Origin: Candidatus Heimdallarchaeota archaeon
GTDB lineage: Archaea; Asgardarchaeota; Heimdallarchaeia; Heimdallarchaeales; Heimdallarchaeaceae
Assembly (NCBI GenBank): GCA_030668875.1
Contig: DAOVER010000085.1
Coordinates: 1-8,108, forward strand
Length of the DNA stretch: 8,108 nucleotides
Direction of reading: 5' to 3'
Made by a program: the position numbers and the translations under genes
In this document: positions 1 to 5,902 of the stretch, in pieces
Layout: the number at the start of each line of letters is the position of its first letter
Position numbering within the stretch: the stretch's first letter is position 1
The notes under the pieces: generated by a model
What the model was told of the DNA's origin: nothing
Database searches by the model: none
The model's input: only the letters and a program-made list of their open reading frames with translations

Positions 1-1494
1 ATAAATTGTTTCTTCTTTTGTCTCAAGGATGTTCTTTCCTTTTGCCCCATCCATTCCCCCAAATAATCCAAAGGGTGCATGTTTTCTTCTTTCGCTTTGA
101 ATAGACAAAACAGCTTCATTTGTTAATAGTCTGATTGAACGACGTATTGAATTACTTCCACACCATTTTCCTGATCCACCTGTTCCAGGTATAATAGAAT
201 ATTCCTCAATTCTCAATGGATAATACCTTTCTAGTACTTCAATTGATGTGTTTCTTGTGTTTGTCATGTGACTATGCTTAGCGTTTGGTGGAGAATAATT
301 CTTTCCTGCACCTATTCCACCTGCAATTGTTTCATAATAAGTAAACATCTCTCCATTGGGTTTCAATCCCCCAATAATTGTGTTATTCATAGTTCCACTG
401 CTAGCAGCTGGTACTTCATCAGGGAAAAGTTGTGAAAATGCACCTAGCATCACATCAGTAATTCTTTGACTGGTCTCAACATTTCCTGCAGCTACACCAG
501 CAGGTGGCAGAGGATCAACTAAAGTTCCTTTCTTTGTTATGATGTCTAAGGGTTCATATAAACCATAATTAGTTGCATATTCTGTGGAAATTAAACACCT
601 GATAATGTAATATGTTGCTGACAGAGTAACAGCATAAGGAGCATTAATATTGCCCTCAACTTGTGAATCAGTTTTAGAATAATCAACGACAATCTGATCA
701 CCTTTTCTTTCTACTTCAGCTGTTATTGCTATCGACTTATCATTAACCCCATCATCATCCATGTAATCAGTATAAGTTACCTTCTTATTCTCCGGTATCC
801 TCTTTACTAGTTCGAGAGAGGCTTTTTTTGAACGCTCATTAAGAAAGTCAATAATTTTTTGAACTCTGCTTAATGAATACTTCTTGAGTAGAGCGTGGAA
901 CTTCCTTTCTCCTATTTTGGTAGATGCTAATTGTGCTTGAATATCGCCTTTTCTTTCATCAGGAACCCTTATGTTATCTAAAAACTCATTGAACCAAGCT
1001 TGGTTTAAAGTTCCATCTCTTTCCAGAATTGTTGGATTGATTATATACCCTTCTTCTTCCAAAGTATACTTACCACTTGGCATTGAGCCGGGGACTATTC
1101 CTCCAACATCAGCATGGTGACATCTATTTGCAATATATCCAACAATTTGTTTCTCAAAGAAAATTGGTTTTACAACAGAGATATCTGGTAGATGAGTCCC
1201 ACCAAGATAAGGGTTATTAGCTATGTAGATATCCCCATCAAGGATGTTTTCTTCACCAAAATGAGCTATAATTGCTTTAACTCCTTCCGGCATGGCACCC
1301 AAGTGTACAGGAATGTGCTCTGCTTGAGCTATTAAACGACCATACTGGTCCATAACTGCACTTGAAAAATCCAATCTATCTCTTATATTAGGAGAGAAAG
1401 CTGATCTCTGTAGAACAATTCCTGTTTCTAATGCAACATTCTTCAATGATTGATTAATCACTTGCACCTCTATAAGACTAAATTTGGAAATCAT
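1..1494 (-). CDS. hyuB: Hydantoinase B/5-oxoprolinase family subunit (3' end runs off the window)
   Basis: Not in the ORF track; translated by hand. ATG at 1494 is preceded by GGAGGAG-aagaa and the frame stays open for 498 codons to base 1. It begins MISKFSLIEVQVINQSLKN and contains SAFSPNIRDRLDFSSA, QAEHIPVHLGAM, NNPYLGGTHLPD, HHADVGGIVPGS, GNVETSQR, YYETIAGGIGA, HSHMTNTRNTSIEVLE and GGSGKWCG, all typical of hydantoinase B. The symbol is a family-level call; the substrate is not established. Confidence 0.95.
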   Translation of the reverse strand, partial: MISKFSLIEVQVINQSLKNVALETGIVLQRSAFSPNIRDRLDFSSAVMDQYGRLIAQAEHIPVHLGAMPEGVKAIIAHFGEENILDGDIYIANNPYLGGTHLPDISVVKPIFFEKQIVGYIANRCHHADVGGIVPGSMPSGKYTLEEEGYIINPTILERDGTLNQAWFNEFLDNIRVPDERKGDIQAQLASTKIGERKFHALLKKYSLSRVQKIIDFLNERSKKASLELVKRIPENKKVTYTDYMDDDGVNDKSIAITAEVERKGDQIVVDYSKTDSQVEGNINAPYAVTLSATYYIIRCLISTEYATNYGLYEPLDIITKKGTLVDPLPPAGVAAGNVETSQRITDVMLGAFSQLFPDEVPAASSGTMNNTIIGGLKPNGEMFTYYETIAGGIGAGKNYSPPNAKHSHMTNTRNTSIEVLERYYPLRIEEYSIIPGTGGSGKWCGSNSIRRSIRLLTNEAVLSIQSERRKHAPFGLFGGMDGAKGKNILETKEETIY

Positions 1495-3569
1495 TTCTTC
1501 TCCTCCATTATGATATAACCTAAGGAATTTATCTTCCCAACAACCTTAGGAGGAATAACTGTTGTTGTATCTAATTGGTCAATAATACAAGGTCCTTCAA
1601 CAATGTTACCACTTAGTAGAAGTGCTTTGTTGTATACCGGTGTATCTAACCAATCGCCATCAAAGCTTACCTTTCGACTTGTTTTATGCGCTTCCTCAGG
1701 AGGTCTATCTGTTCCAACAGGAAGTTTTGTCATTGTTATTCTTGGAACATATCCAACTGCTTCTACTGAGATATTTACAAGTTCTACTGTTAAATCTCTA
1801 TCAAACCAAGAATAGCTCTGATTGTGCAGAGAATGGAAATTTTCTATTAATTCATCCAAGGTTGCTTTGTTTAATGGGTATGCTGATGTGATTGTTAATG
1901 AATCAGATTGCCCCATGTAACGCATATCAACAGAGTAGTTGAATTCTCTTTGCTCTTCTTCAACACCTTCTTTTGCCAATACTTCAGCCAATCTCTCTTT
2001 AATCTCTAACAATTTCTTGTTTATATCCGCAAAGCCTATTTCGTTTGTTGTTTGAAGATATGATTGAGTCACCTCATGTTTAATATCAGAACTTACAAGA
2101 CCAGAAGCTGACCAAACACCAGGGAAAGGAGGTATAATAACGCCGCCCATTTCTAATTCTTTAGCTATTTCCCAAGATTGCAAAGGTCCTGCTCCACCAA
2201 AACCCAAAAGAGTGAAATCTCTTGGATCTAGACCTCTTTGAATGGTTACCACTCGTATTGCGTTTGCAATATTATTGTTAAGAATCTTCCTTATTGAAAG
2301 CGCTAATTCATCTACTGATTCAATCTCAAGTGAGTAAGCAGAAGAATTAATTTCATCTAGCAATTTTTGTAGATAGGACTTAGATTTCCCAACATCAATA
2401 TTCATATTCCCAGCAAAATTATCTTCATGAATATAACCGAGAAACATATTTGCATCAGTTAATGTCACTTTATCTCCCCCTAATGAGTAACATGCTGGAC
2501 CGGGATTTGCCCCTTGTGATTCTGGTCCAACGGACAATAATCCATCCTTAAATTTGGCAATAGAACCTCCTCCACTTCCAATTGTTTCAACATCAACCAT
2601 ATTTGCAACAAGAGGAAAACCACCGAAATTCCTTGATCTCAAAATTATCGGCTGATCAATTAAAGCAGATACATCTGTTGACGTTCCTCCAATATCCAAT
2701 GAAACTAGATGTGTTCTATTCAGATGTTTTAAGCTATCAGCAGCTGCTAATACTCCTCCTGCTAAACCGGAATAAAGTGTTTGAATTCCTGACCTTCCAA
2801 TTGTTTCAACATCTGCCATTCCTGTGTTGGATTGCATAATCAATAATGGTGCTTTAACATCTATTTCCTTCAATTGTTTCTCTAATTTACGCAAATAAGT
2901 GTGTACAACTGGACTAACTTTAGCATTTACTAGAGTGGTTACAGCTCTCTCGTACTCCTTTATTTGAGGACTAATCTCATGCGAAGGAAAGACTTGAAAA
3001 TTTTTATCTTTGAAAAATGAAGAGAGAGATTTCTCATTCTTAGGGTTAAGAAAAGAGAATAACAGTGACACAGCTACTGTTTGGATTGAGCTTGTTTTTA
3101 GTTCAGATAGTATAGAATCTAAATTAGACATGTCAAGTTCTTTGATAGCTTTACCATCTCTATCTAATCTTTCATCAACCTCAAACAAAATGTCCTTTGA
3201 AAATGATATAGGATATTTCTCTCCAAATTTGAGATTATAAAGTTCAAATCTCTGTTGTCGTCCTATTTCTAAAATATCTTGAAAACCCTTTGTTGTAACA
3301 AATGCTACAGGAGGACACTTATCCTCTAAAAATGCATTAGTCCCGATTGTTGTTCCATGAATAATTAAATCGATATCTCTTGCTTGAAAATGAAATGTTT
3401 CCATCACCTCTTCTAAGCCCTCAATTATTCCTATGCTTGGATCAGCTGGAGTTGTTGGAACTTTCCATGCATAAATCTCACCAGCATTAGATACAATTAC
3501 ATAATCAGTAAAAGTTCCACCGGTGTCAATCCCTATTCTTATTGGAGCTTTCAAGTTGTTTACATTCAA
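1491..3569 (-). CDS. hyuA: Hydantoinase A/5-oxoprolinase family ATP-binding subunit
   Basis: Motifs GIDTGGTFTD, HGTTIGTNA, DIGGTSTDV, GSGGGSIA, VGPESQGANPGPACY, TLTDAN, GFGGAGPL and DMRYMGQ. There is no in-frame ATG at the 5' end, so the start is TTG at 3569 or 3554. The TGA stop overlaps the hyuB ATG (ATGA). Confidence 0.95.
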   Translation of the reverse strand: MNVNNLKAPIRIGIDTGGTFTDYVIVSNAGEIYAWKVPTTPADPSIGIIEGLEEVMETFHFQARDIDLIIHGTTIGTNAFLEDKCPPVAFVTTKGFQDILEIGRQQRFELYNLKFGEKYPISFSKDILFEVDERLDRDGKAIKELDMSNLDSILSELKTSSIQTVAVSLLFSFLNPKNEKSLSSFFKDKNFQVFPSHEISPQIKEYERAVTTLVNAKVSPVVHTYLRKLEKQLKEIDVKAPLLIMQSNTGMADVETIGRSGIQTLYSGLAGGVLAAADSLKHLNRTHLVSLDIGGTSTDVSALIDQPIILRSRNFGGFPLVANMVDVETIGSGGGSIAKFKDGLLSVGPESQGANPGPACYSLGGDKVTLTDANMFLGYIHEDNFAGNMNIDVGKSKSYLQKLLDEINSSAYSLEIESVDELALSIRKILNNNIANAIRVVTIQRGLDPRDFTLLGFGGAGPLQSWEIAKELEMGGVIIPPFPGVWSASGLVSSDIKHEVTQSYLQTTNEIGFADINKKLLEIKERLAEVLAKEGVEEEQREFNYSVDMRYMGQSDSLTITSAYPLNKATLDELIENFHSLHNQSYSWFDRDLTVELVNISVEAVGYVPRITMTKLPVGTDRPPEEAHKTSRKVSFDGDWLDTPVYNKALLLSGNIVEGPCIIDQLDTTTVIPPKVVGKINSLGYIIMEEKK

Positions 3570-3579
3570 ACGTAATCAA

Positions 3580-3600
3580 TATTAAAAAGAAAAAGGAGAA
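3580..3600 (-). promoter_or_regulatory. T-rich tract (possible terminator) running into a TATA-like TTTTAATA upstream of hyuA
   Basis: The minus strand reads ttctcctttttctTTTTAATA. The box at 3580-3587 lies about 26 nt upstream of TTG 3554. Common motif in AT-rich DNA. Confidence 0.35.
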
Positions 3601-3607
3601 TTAAAGT

Positions 3608-3733
3608 TTAGTGGATGACCATTTGACAATTGTAGTGCCCGTAACATTTCATCTGTTCTTTTTTAACAACTAACTGGTATTTCCAATCTTTCTCTATCTT
3701 TGCAATTCTTCTTCTATCATTTCTTTCAATCAT
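3608..3733 (-). CDS. Small hypothetical protein, 41 aa (MIERNDRRRIAKIEKDWKYQLVVKKEQMKCYGHYNCQMVIH)
   Basis: ATG at 3733 has AAAGGTGA 5 nt upstream, the same SD and spacing as the tag gene. TAA is at 3608-3610 and a T-rich tract follows. It is below the ORF-track length cutoff and no family is recognised. Confidence 0.55.
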   Translation of the reverse strand: MIERNDRRRIAKIEKDWKYQLVVKKEQMKCYGHYNCQMVIH

Positions 3734-3741
3734 TTCTTTCA
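3716..3741. repeat. Perfect tandem duplication of 13 bp (atcatttctttca x2)
   Basis: Read directly: 3716-3728 and 3729-3741 are identical. Confidence 0.9.
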
Positions 3742-3757
3742 CCTTTGATGATTACAT

Positions 3758-3809
3758 GGCACTCGCTCTAACGTGCGATAAATTCATTCCACCAACGAGC
3801 GTCCACCCT
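3758..3809 (-). promoter_or_regulatory. GC-rich hairpin, candidate cis-regulatory RNA
   Basis: About 28 of 52 nt are G/C in an otherwise AT-rich window. CGCUC (3797-3801) pairs with GAGCG (3764-3768), followed by a symmetric 4x4 internal loop and a GUG/CAC stem. No known riboswitch is recognised. Confidence 0.45.
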
Positions 3810-3812
3810 CAT
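3768..3812 (-). CDS. Candidate leader peptide, 14 aa MRVDARWWNEFIAR
   Basis: ATG at 3812, tandem TGG TGG at 3794-3789, TAG at 3770-3768. TTTTTATT lies about 20-27 nt upstream and there is no SD, consistent with a leaderless start. It could be a chance ORF. Confidence 0.35.
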   Translation of the reverse strand: MRVDARWWNEFIAR

Positions 3813-3870
3813 TTTTGTTGTGCATAAAACAATAAAAACACCAAGGAAAATATAGAACAGACATCAGTGG

Positions 3871-3893
3871 AGAAGTAGAAAAAAATGAAGAGA
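3871..3893 (-). terminator. Oligo-T tract after the aldo/keto reductase gene
   Basis: The minus strand reads tctcttcatttttttctacttct about 10 nt after the stop codon. Archaeal intrinsic terminators are oligo-T tracts. Confidence 0.5.
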
Positions 3894-3903
3894 TAGATTA
3901 GGG

Positions 3904-4887
3904 TTACCGGAGGGTTTCGTAATCTTGTACCCAATCAGATACTTCATCTAATCTTTTAATTTCGTCTTCATCTAACTTTATTTCTAAAGCACCAATATTT
4001 TCTTCTAATTGTTCTACACTATTTGCTCCAATAATCGGCGCTGTAACGAAATCCTTTGCTATGACCCATGCTAGAGCCACTTGGGTCATCTTAACTTCTT
4101 TAGAATCAGCTATCTCCTTCACTGTTTCATGTATCTTCCATCTCTTTTCCGAGAAATATCTTTTTTGTGCGCCTTCACTTCTAGGTGTATCAGGTAGAGC
4201 ACCATCGCGGGAGTATCTATCGGTTAAGAAACCGCCTGCTAATGGACTGTAAGGTATAACTCCCAAACCATATTTCTTGATCACATGATACATTTGATGT
4301 TCAACAAGCATTCTTCGAACAATACTGTATGGAGGCTGAACTGTTTCAAAACGAGCATATCCGTTCTTCTCACTTTTCCAGAATGATTCCACTAGCATCC
4401 ATGGATGGACATTAGAAGCACCTAGATAATTGACAACACCTTTGTCAACAAGTAAATTGAGTGCGTGTAGAGTTTCTTCTATTGGTGTATCATTATCAAA
4501 ACTATGAATTTGGTACAAATCAACCCAGTCAGTTTGCAGCCTTTTAAGACTCGCTGCAATTGCTTGATGGAAGTGTCTTCGAGATAATCCTCTATCATTG
4601 ATATCATCTGACATCGCACCGCGAAGTTTGGTTGCAAGTATTAAATCGGTTCTTGTTCCCCTGTCTTTCAACCAACGACCGATAATCTCTTCTGTTTTTC
4701 CAGGGTAACTATTATCAGCCCAATAACTGTAAACATCAGCTGTATCAAAACAATTGATACCTAGCTCTAAGGCTCTATCCATAATTTTGAACGATTCCTC
4801 CTCGTCTACCCTCCATCCCATTTGCATGGTTCCGAGAACAAGAGGAGTGATTTTTATTCCTGTCGTGCCTAATCTTACATATTCCAT
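3904..4887 (-). CDS. Aldo/keto reductase (NAD(P)H-dependent, Tas/YajO-like), 327 aa
   Basis: Motifs LGTMQMG, FDTADVYS, ILATK, DLYQIH (D-Y-K-H tetrad), LGASN, QPPYS, PYSPLAGGFLT and PIIGA...QLEEN. The start is placed at ATG 4887 (MEYVRLG, a typical AKR N-terminus) rather than the track's TTG at 4929, which overlaps the tag stop. Confidence 0.95.
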   Translation of the reverse strand: MEYVRLGTTGIKITPLVLGTMQMGWRVDEEESFKIMDRALELGINCFDTADVYSYWADNSYPGKTEEIIGRWLKDRGTRTDLILATKLRGAMSDDINDRGLSRRHFHQAIAASLKRLQTDWVDLYQIHSFDNDTPIEETLHALNLLVDKGVVNYLGASNVHPWMLVESFWKSEKNGYARFETVQPPYSIVRRMLVEHQMYHVIKKYGLGVIPYSPLAGGFLTDRYSRDGALPDTPRSEGAQKRYFSEKRWKIHETVKEIADSKEVKMTQVALAWVIAKDFVTAPIIGANSVEQLEENIGALEIKLDEDEIKRLDEVSDWVQDYETLR

Positions 4888-4925
4888 AACATAAGATTCG
4901 CAATGGTAAAATAAAAGAATTAGCT

Positions 4926-5501
4926 TCAACCAACATTTTTCAAAGCAATTTCTTTATACTTGAAACAGGAAGTCATATGATCATTTACCATGCCTACAGC
5001 TTGCATGAACGCATAAATTATCGTGCTACCTACGAAATTCATTCCTCTTTTTTTCAAATCCTTAGATATTTTGTCTGAAAGTTCAGTTTTAGCCGGAACC
5101 TCTTTCCAAGTTTTGAAACCACTATTTATTGGTTTATAATCAACAAAGGCCCACAGATATTTGTCAAAAGAACCAAACTCTTCACGGATGGCTAGGAAGG
5201 CTTTAGCGTTTTGAACAGCAGAACGCACCTTCAACTTATTTCTAACTATACCCTCATCATTCAATAGTCTCTCAATATCTTTCTCCCCATACTTTGCAAT
5301 TTTGTTAAAGTCAAAATTGTCTAGAGCTTTTCTATAGTTCTCCCTTTTGTTAAGTATAGTGTTCCAATTCAATCCAGCTTGAGCTCCTTCTAAGATTATA
5401 AACTCATAGAGAACTTGATCATCATGAACAGGGGTTCCCCACTCATCATGATATGCCCTTGAAAGTTCGCTTTTATCTCCCCAACATCTTTTAACGTCCA
5501 T
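4926..5501 (-). CDS. tag: DNA-3-methyladenine glycosylase I, 191 aa
   Basis: Motifs RCW, YHDEWG, LEGAQAGLNW, IVRNKLKV, FVGSTIIYAFMQAVGMVNDH and SC, including the Cys/His/His/Cys zinc ligands. The start is placed at ATG 5501 because the track's GTG at 5510 forms part of an AAGGTGA SD 5 nt upstream of that ATG. Confidence 0.95.
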   Translation of the reverse strand: MDVKRCWGDKSELSRAYHDEWGTPVHDDQVLYEFIILEGAQAGLNWNTILNKRENYRKALDNFDFNKIAKYGEKDIERLLNDEGIVRNKLKVRSAVQNAKAFLAIREEFGSFDKYLWAFVDYKPINSGFKTWKEVPAKTELSDKISKDLKKRGMNFVGSTIIYAFMQAVGMVNDHMTSCFKYKEIALKNVG

Positions 5502-5562
5502 CAATGTCACCTTATAATTTTAAAAACTTGAAGTTGTTTATCTTTTCTGTAGAACAAAAAAA

Positions 5563-5823
5563 TTAGTTTTTAGAATTGGTATTTGGTTTAGCAAATTTTT
5601 CGCGAATCGAGGAAAAAACTTTCGAGATAAGAGAATTTGTATCATCATTTACAGCGTCTTTAATCATAATTTCTCTATTTCTGTGAAGTAATCTGTGTTC
5701 TCCTATACAGTGTGGATGTATCATTAACTTGCATATTTTGCACACCGCAAAACTTGCTCCACATGTTTTCTTAGCTTGTCCTATAGGCTTTCCACATTGC
5801 CCGCACTTACCGAAGATTGACAT
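5563..5823 (-). CDS. Small Cys/His-rich putative zinc-finger protein, 86 aa
   Basis: ATG start, in the ORF track, fills the gap between two genes on the same strand. Ligand pattern C7-x2-C10-x10-C21-x6-C28-x2-C31-x4-H36-x2-C39-x3-H43-x3-H47. Confidence 0.8.
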   Translation of the reverse strand: MSIFGKCGQCGKPIGQAKKTCGASFAVCKICKLMIHPHCIGEHRLLHRNREIMIKDAVNDDTNSLISKVFSSIREKFAKPNTNSKN

Positions 5824-5848
5824 ATATGGTTACGCATCATAGACACTT

Positions 5849-5864
5849 ATGAAGCTAACTTCAT
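5849..5864. promoter_or_regulatory. Inverted repeat ATGAAG-N4-CTTCAT
   Basis: Perfect 6-bp arms 26-41 nt upstream of the zinc-finger ATG, flanked by direct GACAC copies at 5842-5846 and 5867-5871. Confidence 0.35.
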
Positions 5865-5870
5865 TGGACA

Positions 5871-5892
5871 CAAAAAGAAAAGATGAAAAATG
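5871..5892 (-). terminator. Oligo-T tract after the MFS gene
   Basis: The minus strand reads ccatttttcatcttttctttttg about 10 nt after the stop codon. Confidence 0.5.
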
Positions 5893-5902
5893 GAACTAAA
5901 AT

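Noticed and set aside
1603-3240. Plus-strand ORFs at 1603, 1622, 2582 and 3010 in the track
   Set aside because: Antisense to the well-supported hyuA, short, with no recognisable motifs or SD.
3726-3770. Amber read-through of the uORF (13 more codons, SECHVIIKGERND)
   Set aside because: The extension is short, expected by chance, and no pyrrolysine genes are in view.
3758-3809. SECIS interpretation of the hairpin (AUGA...GA present)
   Set aside because: No helix forms between AUGA and GA, and no gene here shows an in-frame UGA at a plausible Sec position.
3757-3827. Plus-strand 23-aa ORF starting MALALTCDK
   Set aside because: No SD, opposite to local gene orientation, and no other support.
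4061-4252. Plus-strand 63-aa ORF
   Set aside because: Antisense shadow of the AKR gene.
4888-4929. 14-aa N-terminal extension of the AKR in the track
   Set aside because: TTG start overlaps the tag stop, the region looks like a T-rich promoter, and MEYVRLG is the family-typical start.
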